Of a stretch of 64,000 nucleotides of DNA, positions 39,175-52,572 are shown one piece after another. This stretch comes from Lama guanicoe (lineage: Eukaryota), in assembly GCA_013239625.1 (NCBI GenBank), contig MU053810.1, forward strand, positions 434,001 to 498,000. The letters run 5' to 3'. Each line of letters begins with the position of its first letter. Within the stretch, counting starts at the first letter, position 1. The notes beneath the pieces are model-generated. The model did no database searches, was not told the origin of the DNA, and saw only the letters and a list, made by a program, of their open reading frames with translations. The position numbers and the translations under genes are program-made.

Positions 39175-40553
39175 ACAGAATGTCCAAAATCCTGGCAGCA
39201 AAATCTATGATTCTCACTTGCATACACTTATAAATAAGCACGAAAGCCAAATTCAGAAGCAAAATACCCTGGAGAAAGTCTCATGCCTGGAGTGATCACT
39301 GCCTGGTCCTGAGAATGGCGCTGGGGTCAGGGGTCTGGCCTAAGGGGTTCTTTTCAGCTGCACAGGATGGGGATGCAGTGGTAGTCATTTACCCATGACA
39401 ACCGGGAGGCAGACCTGCTATGCTCAGCTGTCCTCAGCAGAGTGAGCAGCGGGGTTCTCCAGCTCTCCCCCGGGTACTGACCCCTCACACACCTCTTGAC
39501 CTCACTTTGGCCAGTGGCACTCCCTGAGGGGGTTTAAGGCACCGGATAATTAAAACCCAAGACACTGGCTTTGAGGCAAGGCAGGCTTCACCACGCCCAG
39601 TTCGAACTCAGAAGTCCAGCATTGCTCTGGAATCCCTGGGGTTGCTTCGAGATGTCTCCTGCATGATCCAGCACGAAGCTCCAGTTTCTTCCTCATCACC
39701 CTCCCAGCACATCTCACCCCCAGTCAACCATGACTGTGTCAGAATCCTGTCCTTAACCCTCCTACACACCCCTGGCAGAAGGTCAGTGGGGGGTTTTCCT
39801 CTGTTGCTCAGCTGACTCAGATCTCTCCTCTCCCCGTGGTTGCCTTGGGGAGGCCAAGGTTCCAGGTTTTCTGGTTTCAAAATAAATTGGCAGAAATCTG
39901 AAGTGAAGCCAATACCACCCTCCTGCCCTCAGGCAGCTGGGTCCCAGTGGGAGGTCTCTAAGCAACCAGGCTCAAATCAAATATTTGGGCATCTGGACAC
40001 GTTCAGATTGGAATGAGCTCATGAACAAAACCTTCTCTTTCCCTCAACCCAGCTACCGAGGGTTATGAAAAGACACTGAGCCTCTTGGTCGCCTCCCTGC
40101 ACTGGGCAAAGCTGTGACTCACACGGAACGTTCAACTAGAGGAAGCCCTAGACTGGCAGGCCAGGGACCCGACTTCTATTTCTGGCTTGATAGGTATCCT
40201 TGGACAAGACACTTGAACTTTTTTGTTGCTGTGCCTTCATAAAGCCTAAAGTTTTCATCAGACCCTCTGCACTCAGCCTTTTCACCAGAAACCAGAATAT
40301 TCACAGAGTCACAGAGGGCTTGAGCTCCAGTCTAATTCAGAAGTGAACCAGGACAAAAGAAGGTTTCAGAGCCCTCTTCCCCCATCTGCCATCACACCCT
40401 CCCTGCCACCTTCCCCGCCAATGGCAAATGGCAAATGGGAGGGAGAAGCGGGCATATGGGTGCTAGCCAAGAGAGGTTCACATTTTTACTTTCTGACCCC
40501 AAACCCAAAGTGTATACTCAGGAAATACTAAACACATCAAATTTGGCTTTGGA

Positions 40554-40720
40554 AGGGAGGGAATAGCTCAGTGGTATAGCGCATGCTTAGCATGCATGAG
40601 GTCCTGGGTTCAATCCCCTGGACCTCCATTAAAAAAGTAAGTAAATGAACAAATAAGCCTAATTACCTCCCCCCTTCAAAAAATAAATAAAATTAAAATA
40701 AAGTAAATAAATCTAAAAAA
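40554..40720 (+). mobile_element. Vic-1-like SINE, long form
   Basis: gggagggaatagctcagtggtatagcgcatgcttagcatgcatgaggtcctgggttcaatcccc; ttggctttgga on both flanks. Confidence 0.9.
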
Positions 40721-42549
40721 ATTGGCTTTGGATGCTAATTCAAAATGATTATCTTCATGTACAGGGGAAGCTGCATCTCAGCTTTTCTATCTTTAAAATG
40801 GAATTTTTAAATCCTATTCTCCTGATCCTTTGAGAGATGGGCTGGTCAGGGCTCCCTCTCCTCAATCAGCCCGCCCACCCCTCCTACCTCTGGGCCCCCA
40901 TCACATTTATTGATCATGCCACCCCATGGGCCACTCGAGTTGCTCATTTCCATGTGGACAGATGTCTGACTTCGTCATGGAGCCCCAAAAGGCAGAAGCT
41001 GTGTCTAAAGTCCCTTGTCACCTTTTAAGTCACCTTACCCAGAGCCCCAGGGGCAAACACTGCTAGGTCCTAAAGAAACACCTGTTGAACGTAATGAACC
41101 CCCAAACCCTGGGCATGAGGATGCTCCAACAGGGGACAGCTTGGAAATAGGAAATGTCATCTCCTCCTCACTGGAGATGAGAAGTCAGTGGGCGGTGAGG
41201 GTGGGGACAAGAGCGTGGGCCCTGAATTCGGCACCACTGGTTGGCCTCAGCTGCTCCCTAGCTGTGGGGCCCTGGGCATGTTGCAAAACCTCTCTCAGAA
41301 AATGGAACCAACCGCAGTGCCTGCCCTGCTGTATGGTTTTAAGAACATTAAAGAATGAATAACTGTAAAACACTGAACACAGAGGCAATCAGTAAGTGGT
41401 AGTTCTTATTGTCACAACTTTTTCACCCAATCATGTGATCATTAAAAAAAAGTATCCTTGGGTTACTCAGCTGTTCTGATGACAAAATTAATTTAGTTGT
41501 TTATCTCAAAAGCTGCAGAAGAGTGTGGACTGAGGTAGTCACGCACCCTGGCTTCAATGCCTTAAAAGAAACCACATAACCATTTTTAAATCACTCCTTG
41601 GTTTGCAAAAGAAAAAAAAAAAAGAATGTCCACAGCAACAATGATTGATAGGGCATTTATTAAAATCATTTCTGTCCAAGGAAATACAAAAGTTAATTGT
41701 TGGGATTCAACAGTGACCCTGGATTCCACATCGTATGACTTCCTTCTTTAATCGGCTTTGAAAGCAGCCTGAGCTGTTCTCTGGGAGACTCAAGGATCAA
41801 TTTTTGTTGATTCTGTTTATGCTCAAGAAGATGATGCCAGACTTCAAGCACGGAAAGACATGCTTCTTCTGAAAGGAGCCTGACCAAGACTTGATAATAG
41901 ACACATTTCATTCTTTCCACTGTCAGCTGCAAATAAAGAAGCCAGCATGATCTCTAATAGCCCCAAACTAGAAAGAGTCCAAGGGTGCAGCAGGATGGGA
42001 CCATGTTTCCACAAAGCAATGGGACATAATACTTCCACTTAAGGTGAAGATGCTAGTCAAAATAAAACCAAGGGGAAAACAAAAACAAAATAACAATTGT
42101 ATCCATCTCACTGCCAGGTTTATAAAATAATACAGAGGAATAGGATCTTCTAGGTTGTAGGAGCTGTTACGAAGATTCGAGCTTGACTCCCCCTCCAACA
42201 TGAGTGCACTTTCCCAATATGTTTTTATTTTAAAACATATGCAGTAGCCCTTTCTCCTTTTTGATGTTTACTGAGCATCTGCTGTGCACTTGGCACCACT
42301 GGGAAAACAGCAGTGAGAAAAGTCACTCTGCCATCCTCACGGAGCTTACATTCTAGTAATCAACAAAATAATCAACAAAAATGAGACTGGACCACTTCAA
42401 AATTTTTCATATTTAAATATCCCAGACACACTGTCAAGTAGCTAGGGTATCATGAATACATCTCAGAGATGAGGGAACATACTTGGCCAACGTCAATTAG
42501 CTCATCAGTGACAGACCTGGGATTTAAAGCCAGGGCATCTGGTACGTCC

Positions 42550-43528
42550 AGTTTTGGAAAAGGCAGACAAAGCAATTCAGACCAACCCTCCCATCAAAGA
42601 TGACTTAAAAAGCTGGATGAAATATTTCTTTAATTTTCTTAAAAGCATCAAAGCAGTAATAAGGGAGTGAAGAAAACACCTGCCAAAATCTAGGAAAGGA
42701 CAAACTCCCGAGAGGTTGGCCCAGCCCACAAAGCTTTTATCCTAAAGTATTTGTCAATTTGGAAAAAAATAAAAGAAAAAAACAAATTTGAAAATAAGCT
42801 TTTGTTTGCATAGCCTCACGAGGCCAAAGCCCAGGGCCTGCCACAGTTGGGATTCAGATCAAACACTCTCCATTTTCAGCTGGGTCCCAGGTGAGAGGGA
42901 AGAGGAGGGCTAAAGCTGTTGGGCTTGTAACAGGTTCACATCATCACTGAGGCCACAGAATCTCAGCCTTTGCACTTGGATTAAGGTGGCTTCAGACTGG
43001 CAGTGCCCTCAATGCCCGAATGTATTCCATGCCATGCGTGTATGGCATGGAGTATTTTTATTGCATTTATTTATTGAATTTATTTATTTACACACATATA
43101 TATTTATCAATGTCTAATGCCCACTAAGAGAATAGAAACACCCAAGAAATCAGGTCCTTATGAGCAAGCAGAGCAGAAACAGCCAAGAGTGGGAACAGGC
43201 CCACAAAGATTTCAGAAATGGGAATTTTTCAATACAGACTATTAAAGAACTCTACTTACTATATTCAGAAACACAAGTGCCACACGTGAAAATTGTTACA
43301 GGGAACTAAAAACAGGAGAAAATAATGTAAAAGATTTTTTAAAGGATCCAAGTAGAAATTCGCAAATGGAGGACTAGGATTGTTGGAGTTAAGAACGCCC
43401 AGTGGCTGGGCTAAGAACAGGTTCTCACAGCTGAAGTGAGAATTAGTGATTTGGAAGACAGGGCAGAAAAAAAAAAAACAAAAGAATTCAGCTTGAACTC
43501 GAGGAAAAAAATATATATATACATATAC

Positions 43529-43562
<34 letters not shown>

Positions 43563-43795
43563 GAAAATACATTTAAAAGGCCTAACATACATTTAATTGG
43601 CATCCAGAGAGGAAATAAATACTGGAACAAAGGCAATATTGGAAGAGACGACAGCCAAGAATTTTCCAGAATGGATGGCAAACATCACCTTACAGTTTTG
43701 AAAGCCCAACAAATTCCTAAGTAACACGAATTTTGCAAAAATGCACACCTAGATACAACATAGAGAAACTGCAAGCAAACAAAATCAGAGAAATC
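42550..43795 (+). mobile_element. Ancient L1M 5'/ORF1 fragment with internal (TA)n microsatellite at ~43510-43562
   Basis: gctgaagtgagaattagtgatttggaagaca, ctaacatacatttaattggcatccagag and aagaattttccagaa resemble L1 ORF1. Confidence 0.65.
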
Positions 43796-46254
43796 TTGAC
43801 CCTAGACCATCTGATGTGAGTTTGCCTCCCTAGTGCATGGAGGCCCTTTTCCATCGAGGCCTGAGTTGGGCCCTTTCACCTGCCCCCGCCCCCGCCACTG
43901 TCCCTGGGTGGACGGCATCCTACGTGAATCATCAGCTGCTAAGTGGCCCTCCTCCTGTGTAAGCAGAAACACTGCTGGACTCTAGAACATTTCTAAAAAT
44001 GCTACAACCAGTTAGCAGTAATCAGAATGAAACACCCTTGTTTAATTCAGCAGGCCCTCAAGACTGAATTTTTAACTCACAGAAAAGCAAAAGAATCAGC
44101 CAGGGCCAGGTAGGAATGAGATGAGAACAATAAAAATATGTCCCTCCTCCCTCAGTGGCCAGTTACCTATGGGACCCAATGATCTCATAGAAGCTAAGAT
44201 GAAACAGGCTTCAGGACTGAGTGGGGTGATGACCAGAGAGGGGTGATCTCATTTTCACACCATCCTTTATGAGCGCTCCAAACTCCAGGGAATGTATTTC
44301 ATTCATCTTATTTTCCCAGCGTCTGAACAGGGCCTGGATTATAATAGAGAGTCATACATTAATTTGTGAGGGAGTGAATTTGTACATGATGTGCAGCAAG
44401 TCTACCAAGCGCATATCAGGAATACTGTTTACCAAGAAGGTTTCAGGCAGGCTGCTGCCACCTCCCTGGAAAAAGGAAAAACCCTTCATCTCATTTCTTT
44501 AATCTCCTCCTATCACATATTATCTGCTGCAGTTCCCGAAAAATAAAGATTTTGTAAATTTAGGGTGAAATGGACTGATAAGCAATTGGAGTGCATTGAA
44601 TCCTCGTAAGAAGTAAGCCTTGAGCGTGGTGCTGGCACTCAGGGCATGGAAAGCCAGCCACGACTCTGAAATAGTCACAGTGCTTTGGCAGATCACGTGC
44701 CACACCAAAACAGCCTTCCTGGGGTCTCCAGATCTTGTCCCTAACGATCTCTAGAAATCCCACCATCCTGCTCAGGGTAAGGGAGGTCATAGCTGAAAAG
44801 GCATGATGCCAGAAGTCAGGATATGAGGTTCTAGATGAAGTGGTCCAGGCTCGGTCCCGCCCCTTTCACCTGTGCCCCATCCGCATAAGTCACTCATTCC
44901 TCCCCCCCGGGGGGGCTGGGGGGCTCAGCTGCAAAACAAAGAGCTTGGAATACAGCAAACCCTTGGGGAACGCAGGCGTGAGTGTGGATTTGTCAAACTC
45001 TCTAGGTAGTGGTGAGACGTGCTCAAACCTGCTGCGGGAAATTCCGATAGACCCTTTCCCAGAAGAAGCAGGTGCACAAGAGGACGGCTCCCTGAAGTCC
45101 CCCAGTAGAGGTAAACGTTCTACAACTTGCCCCACACCCTCCAGCTTCTGCCGCTCCCCCACTTCTGCTGTGGCCTCCGGCAGACGCAGAGGAAGTGCGG
45201 GTTTGACAGCAGACCCCTCCAGCTCTGGCCCCCTGCTTGACAAGACTAGTCACCACAACAGATTAATTAAAAGCCAAATTGTTGCCCCCAAAGCCACTCT
45301 GCGGCAAAGCAGACCCCACAAGAAGCTAATTAGCAATCAAGATGGAACCACTGAAGCAGCTTGATAAACCCATCTGTGCTGACAGTGGAGGGACACCCAC
45401 TGGGCAGCCACTGGCCATCCTCGGTCCCATCAGCCGTGACTCTCTCTCTCCTAAAGCCCTAACTGCCAGGTTCTGCTCCCAGTTCCAGCCTGCAGCTCCT
45501 TCTGATGTCCCCTGTCACACCAGAGCTTGATAAGAGCCTCGTGTTCTGCCCGTGGAGTGGTACCCAGAAGCCGTTCCTTTCACTGCAGGGCCCTCTCTAG
45601 TTCCTAATGCTTGTCCGCGTTGCGGAAAGTCTGCAGGCTGGAATACTGGGCGGCCTATTCTCAGGACAACTGGGGGCTTACAGAGAAGCGATGCTTTCCG
45701 TTTTAGCCGTTACGTACATCTTTCCTGACATCATCGGCTGCCGCCCTACAGAGGAGCACAAAACACTTCCTCGCCCACCTCCAAGAGCACTTGGTACCCA
45801 GAGAAGAATGACTGCCGGTCTGCATTATCTTCAGATGTTCACAAGGTGACTTTGCTGCCTGTCACTGTCTGTGGGCCACGTGCTCCAGTTGGCCTGGCCA
45901 GTTGTAAAGAGGAATTGACACCAACGCGTCCATCCACACCCTCGGTCAGCTCCCTGCGCTGTGACCCGTGGCAGACACTTAGGGATGGCCTGGCTGTTGG
46001 CTGTAGCCATGGAAAAGAGCACAGCTCTCTGGTTTAGACCCGGTCTGACCTGTCCTCGGTGGGCCAAGGCCGGGGAGGGAAGGTGGAGCTGTGGCAGAGC
46101 CGTCCCGGGCATTCGGCAGTTCTGGAATTTCTACGGACTCAATATCCAGACGTCAGTCTGGCCGCCCATGGGCTCCAGCAAGCCTACACGTAGGACTTGT
46201 TTTGGCCAGAGAGGGTTTGGGTTTTGGATTTTAAGTTGCCAACATCTAATATGT

Positions 46255-46440
46255 AATAGCTTACAGCACAGAGAATGTTGCCAATATTTTAATAATAACT
46301 ATAAGTGGAATATAGTCTTTAAAAACTGTGAATCACTATGTTGTACACCTGAAACTCATACAATATTATAAATCAAGTATGCCCCAATAAAAAATTTTAA
46401 AAACTTGAAAATAAATAAATAAATAAATAAATAAAAAATA
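46255..46440 (+). mobile_element. LINE-1 3' tail inserted in a MER3-like DNA element (~46140-46520)
   Basis: tacagcacagagaat...gaatcactatgttgtacacctgaaact + (AAAT)n tail. Confidence 0.75.
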
Positions 46441-48769
46441 AGAGGTTTCAGATTTAAAAAAAAAAAGAAAAAACCTGGATTCCTTGCTGCTCTTGAAAAC
46501 TCAGAAGCCTTAGCAGCACTTCTGATGAACTGTCATCCCTTGGAGCTGAAGGGTCCAAATTATTTAGACAAGTCCTACCAGACTCGGAGCCACGGATGGT
46601 GGGGCCAGAAGCTTCTGTGATTTGGGGCAACCTCTCTAAGAAAAGTCAGTCAGAGTTTTAACTGTAACGTTGCTAGGGCCCCTCCAAGGGCCTGAGCAAG
46701 TGATGGGTCAGGAAGCTTACACGCCTCGAGCCTCGAGCCTGGGAACTGCAGCTTGGCTCTCTACCCACGGCCTCTTGTCTCATCCCCAGCCCAGTACCTG
46801 TCCCCTCCGTGGGCCTGGGAGGCTGTGCCATCAGCTCCTGCCTCCATTTTCCTTTCCAGCCCTAATTTCCAGTATAAACCCAGCTGGGCCTGTAACACAG
46901 GCCCCACTCTCCCTAAAACTCCCGTCACTAAAATGAAGGATGACTTCATTTCTTTGCAAAGGGAGTGAACAGAAGTCCTCACGCTCTGCAATGCCCTCTC
47001 CTCTGTGAGGTTACCCAAGCCTCTGCCTGAAGTTCATACAGAAGGCAATTCCTCACCAGTATGGAGGTGGAGGGAGAGCCCCGAAGTGGGGGTCGGGGGT
47101 GGGATACTAAAGGTCTGCTCGGTCCGCAGCCTCATTTCCCCTCCATTGGGGCTGCTCCTTTGGTTCACAGATGGTCCCGTGGTCACTAAATGATCTTGTT
47201 TGGAGCAGGGTCAGGTGGAGGGGAGACGTGCCCCCGTAAATGTTTTCCAAATGGCTGGCGGACTGCATGACCACAATTAGATTAAGAAGGAGACAATCTG
47301 AGATACTGGTTGAGCACCTGCTGTGTACTAACACGACCTCTGTGTACCATGATCGTACCAGATGCACACGGGGCTGCCCCGAGGGTATGCGGAATCTACT
47401 GTAGAAACAGACGCCCACAGAGAACGGCAGATCACAGGGGAACATGATAAAAGCTTGTGGGAGCTCAGAGGCTGGCCTGGGAAGATGTTCCCAGAGTAGA
47501 GGTGAAGCCCTGGGGTCCTGCAAGTTCAGGGATCAGCACTGAGGAAATTCCAGGTGGAGAGAAGGGCTTAGGGGACCAGGAGGTCTGGGCCCTGGAGGGC
47601 AAGGGGGTGGGTTGAGAGCGAAGAGCAATAAAACAGAAAAAAGGCAGGGAAACTGTCAGAAAGGAACTTGAATTCTAGATAAAGGATTGTGGTAGAGTAT
47701 GATAAACACAATAAAAATGCTTGTGGGCAGTGCTTTTCGGGTTACTGAAAATAAACATTGCAACTTATTTTCACAAGATTCTTAGTTCTGCTCTGCACTG
47801 TACAACACAAGTTTTTTTGAAAATCTGGGGGTGAGTAAAACCAACACACTGTAATTCTATCAGCCAGAGATAACCACCGTTAACATTTTGGCAGGTTTTC
47901 TTCCTGTTTTATTTCTAAACGTAAGTTTTTCTTTTCCAGAAGTGGGATGAACGTGTCTGTTTGGCACTAAACATCATTTTATGAGGCTTTCTCCATGTCA
48001 CAAAATAGCCTTTGAAGACAACATGTTCACCAGCTGCGTACTACTCCTGTTTCTTGGTGTACCAAATGTTACTAATGATCGTTCTCTCTTAAACGTGTAA
48101 GTTGTCTCCTGTTTTTCATTAGTACAAATAATGCCTCAGTGAACACTGCAGTGTATAAATGTCAGTCAGCCCCTCTCTGACGACTTCATGATATGAAATG
48201 ACTAGAGCAAAGGGTGTAAATATTTTTAGAAGTCTGAATCTATATTGACAAATGGTTTTAAAAAAAGATTTCACCAATTTGCACATTCATCAGGAGTACA
48301 TGAAAGGGCTTGTTTCCCGCAGGTGTTCCCTAGAGTTAAGCATTATTTTTTAATTTCATAAATGAAAAATGGAATCACAGAAGTGCATCCAAATAACCAT
48401 TTTGTTACCCGTGAGTCTGAATTTTTTAACGTATTTTTCATTAATGTGTACTTCTATGAATTATCTGGGTTTTTGCTCATTATTCTATTGGTGCAAAGCA
48501 TTTATCAATTTGGATTTTAACAAGCTCTTAGTATACCTGATTGCCATTTGTTACATGTGTTTTAATTTTACTTATGGTATTTTGACCAAACTATTTTACA
48601 TTTTATAGAATTTAATCTATCGATCTTTCCTATTTTTTTTAAATTACAAGGTCCTATTCTCCACTGAGATCACTTACATTTCTTTTGAATTTTTTTTAAT
48701 TGAAATGACTTCATTGCCTCTCTGATTCCCTTGACTTTTTCCCAATATCAGTTGAGAAACCTACTAGTT

Positions 48770-49210
48770 TTTTGGGTTTTTTTTATTGAAGTACAGACAA
48801 TTATGATGTGTCAGTTTCTGGTGTACAGCACAATGTCCCAGTCATACATATATGTTCATATATTTGGAGAATCCTACTGTTATTTTAACATTTAATATAA
48901 GGCATTATTTCTCTCTTTTTTTAATTGAAATATAGTTGATTTACAATACTGTGTTAGTTTCAGGTGTACAGCAAAGTGATGCAAAGAAATTTTTTTTTCA
49001 GATTCCTTTCCATCATAGGTTATTACAAGATACTAAATATAGTTCCCTGTGCTATACAGTAGGTCCTTGTTGTTTAACTATTTTATATATTTTGGTGTGT
49101 ATCTGTTAATCCCATACTCCTAATTTATCCCTCCCCAACTCCCCTTTTGTAACCATAAGTTTGTTTTCTATGTCTATGAGTCTGTTTCTGTTTTGTAAAT
49201 AAATCCATTT
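48770..49210 (-). mobile_element. Two adjacent LINE-1 3' ends (~48770-48865 and ~48915-49210)
   Basis: Each begins tttt(a)attgaa... as the reverse complement of the L1 3' end; the first is flanked by gagaa(a/t)cctact. Confidence 0.85.
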
Positions 49211-50933
49211 GTCTCTTGGATTTTTGATGGTTTTATGTTTACATTTCACTCTTAATCCATCTGGAATTCATTTAGACATGCCTTGACCTCCAATGGTGAA
49301 AGCAGATAAGTTGAGACTTCACCCGGATTGTCTGTTTTTCTACTATCATTCATTAAATAAATTCATTCCTTTAGTGATGACTTGCAAAGCTCCTTTGTCA
49401 TATACTCTTATGATGTGCTGTGACCAGCTTCATGTCTATCTTCTCTGTTCTGTTCACCTGTGTTTTACTATCTATGCCAATAACACACTGCTTTAATTAC
49501 CGTAATCTTATGAAAGACATGTAGAACTTTTTACTGTTTCTGAGATCACCTATGTGTGTACTTTTATAAATAACTCTACATGAAAATAAAGAAAATCCAT
49601 TTCTCTCATTTCTTGTCTCCTAGTTACTACTCATATAGAAGACAAAGTTATATAAAAGACAAATGTTCTGAGAAACAGATATCTGGACTAAACCTAAAAA
49701 AGGATCTTGCAATTCTGTGCCTGTTCTCTGGTTTAAAAAAAAAGGAAAGTAAAATAAAGTAAAAGCACAGTCTGGTTATTAAAATGGAACACACTGAATT
49801 GGAAAAATCAAAACAAAACAGCAGTGAAATCTGAACTTGATTGCTTTGATTTATTTTTTCTAAATTGAGATTGTGTGTGTTCACCTCAAGGAAACCTTAA
49901 AACTGTAAAGGAAGCCAAGCCTTGGAGGTACAAATTTCTGATCCTCTGAGCTTTACTTTCCTAAACAGAAATCTTTTGGGATGAACAGAGATGGAACTGA
50001 ATTCATTTATTCTACTCTTTAAGAGTGGCACATGACTCGTTGGCTTTACACTGAACTTTGTCTACTGGGGCTCAAATTCTTCTCTAAAGAGGGTCTGGGT
50101 TAATAGGCACCTACCACTGACTTACACAGCACCCTCAGTGTGGGGTCAACTGGCAAGGATTCAGGGACACATGCTTCATCAGGTGCAAACATTGCAAATC
50201 AGCTCGCCTTGTGGCCTCTGCCATCATCATGAATCACATCACAGCTGAGTCCGGCCAGCCTACCTGACCAGAACATGGTGCCAGTGAGGCCCCAGTCTCT
50301 GATTCTCCCCACACTCCGAGTCTTCCTTGCACCCCCAACTCAAGCAGCCTGGGAAACGAGTGCCCCCGTTCACAAGCAAACTCTGGGTAAACTGTGAGTC
50401 AGTACAACCCATCACAGTCCCTAGAAAACAGTCAAGGTGCTCAGGCTCTCAGATAGAGGCAAGTCCTCACCCCCACCTTCTGCACTGTGAGCTCCTGGCA
50501 GGGCAAGGTCTGTGATTTATTTATTGCTCTGCTTTCAGTGGATGGTACCTGACAGTTGATCAGTACATCCTTCTCAAATGGATGGATAAATGAATACATT
50601 TTGACATTCAAAATGCCATCTTTTTACCAGTGAACTGGGCTAAATAGTAGTCAGTATCAGTTAAACTCATGACCTTAGCAATTTGGAAATTTATAGGTGC
50701 CCTGAATATGTATGTGATTCCCCTGTTAATCTATCATCTCGAACGACCTAAAAAGAATGTCAAAAAAAGGTATGTGTGATTAGCAGCATTATATCCTCCT
50801 CTTCTTGGAGCTAGAGAGGCAGCCTTGCATTTTTTTCCTCTGTAGATGAATAAATAAGAGTGAGATTATGGGGAGAGAGAGGGCTGAGTGTGGGAGCAGG
50901 TACGCAGATGCACCATTAAAACAAACGCCTCAT

Positions 50934-51065
50934 CATAGGTTACTACAAGATACTGAATGTGAAAAAGAATATATGTGTGTGTGTATAACTGAATCACCAT
51001 GCTGTACACCAGAGACTAACACAACACTGTAAACCAACTATACTTCAATAAAACACAAAGAAGCC
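50934..51065 (+). mobile_element. Very short LINE-1 3' end with a 25-nt 5' inversion
   Basis: 50934-50958 is antisense L1, then sense L1 3' end; TSD aaca(a/g)ac(g/a)cctcat at 50920-50933 and 51066-51079. Confidence 0.85.
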
Positions 51066-52409
51066 AACAGACACCTCATGGGTCTGGGAAGACAGACTCA
51101 GCGCAGCATCTGATTTTCTTTGCATTTTCTAGGGCTCTTTTCAAGGAAATGGTTATTCCTGAGAAATGTCTGAAAATAAGGGAATTGGTCATATTTAAGC
51201 TCCCTTCCAGCCCTAAAATTATATGAATCTAGGACAGCTTGTCTTTTCCAGAAATGGCCATGAGAAAAAAAAAGAGTCCTGAGTGGGGAGGCCGACCCCT
51301 TTCCACTGTAATTAATTGGTTTTCCTTCATGCACAGCGATTTCTTCACAACAAGGTACGTGACGGCACCACACACCAGACATTGACTGCAACTCAAGAAT
51401 TGTGGGTTCAGAAATGGAAATTTTTAGAGACAAGTCAAACCTCATTAAATCCGAAGGAAGGCTATTCACAACCTAAGACCTTCTTAATCCCAGAACTTTC
51501 TAGAAAAGAATGACAACTTCAGCTAACAGAAGACTGCCTGACAGAATAATATTCCTTAACAGAGGTCTCTCTGGGGCCACTTTAATAAACTAGGAATAAG
51601 ACATGTACTTAATTTATTGTCAGCTAGAAAGAAATGCATCTAAGACGCTGAAAATTCACCAAACCAAGTTACCTTGAACAGCCCAGGTCATTGTTTGTCT
51701 TATTCATGTGCGTGATCTTTAAAGAAATTGTTTGGCTCCAGAAACACAGGAAAGCTTCAACTCAGCTGCTGCCCAGGTTGCCGTGAATTCCAAATTAGCA
51801 GTGTCTGAACTTAATGAAACTGCACTACAGTTTGAAATTCATCATTTGATAATGTACCAGAAAACTCGGGCACGTAGCCAGCACACCCTTGGTTACCTAC
51901 TTCTGCAGCCACTGTTTGTTGGTACCAGGAGGCTAATTTTTAAGCTCAATCTGGTTTTCTTTAACCCTTGATTCCCCAGACTTCCCAGGCTGCAATCTAT
52001 CCCTCCAAACCCTGGTCTACTGTACACTCGCAAAATGCAAATTAATTTCAATATTAGCCTAAAGAAGACAAGCAAATGCCATGAATAATGGATTCCAGAA
52101 GGAAACAAGAATTTTTTTTAAAGTTTCCTGTTGTTCGGATTAGCCTGATAGGCCCCCACCTTTATCCCCTGGAAAGGACCACAAGGTAGCCACAAGCAGG
52201 AAAGCCTAGTGGTTTGGGAAGCAGGCTTTGGTACTAGACAGAACCAGGTTTCAACCTCAGCTCTGCCTACGGCTTAACTCCTCTGAGCCTCAGTTTCCTC
52301 ATCTGTAAAATTGGTGAAATTGGGGAGAACATATTCAAAAATCTGGGCCCAGTTCCCAGGACACAGACTTAAGAAGTAAGAGCGATTATGATCATGAACA
52401 ATAAAGAAT

Positions 52410-52572
52410 TTCTTCTATAGCACAGGGACCTATATTCAATATCTTGTAATAGCCTGTAATAAAAAAGAATATGAAAAGGAATATATATATATATAAAACT
52501 GAATCACTCTGCTGTGCACCAGGAATTAACATCATCGTGCACCGACTATACTCCAATTTAAAAAAAAAAAAG
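52410..52572 (+). mobile_element. LINE-1 3' end
   Basis: ctatagcacagggacctatattcaatatcttgtaat...poly(A); aagaattYctt on both flanks. Confidence 0.88.

Noticed and set aside
40554..40630. tRNA-like sequences here and at five other sites
   Set aside because: They have A-rich tails, TSDs and no proper acceptor stem, so they are SINE heads rather than tRNA genes.
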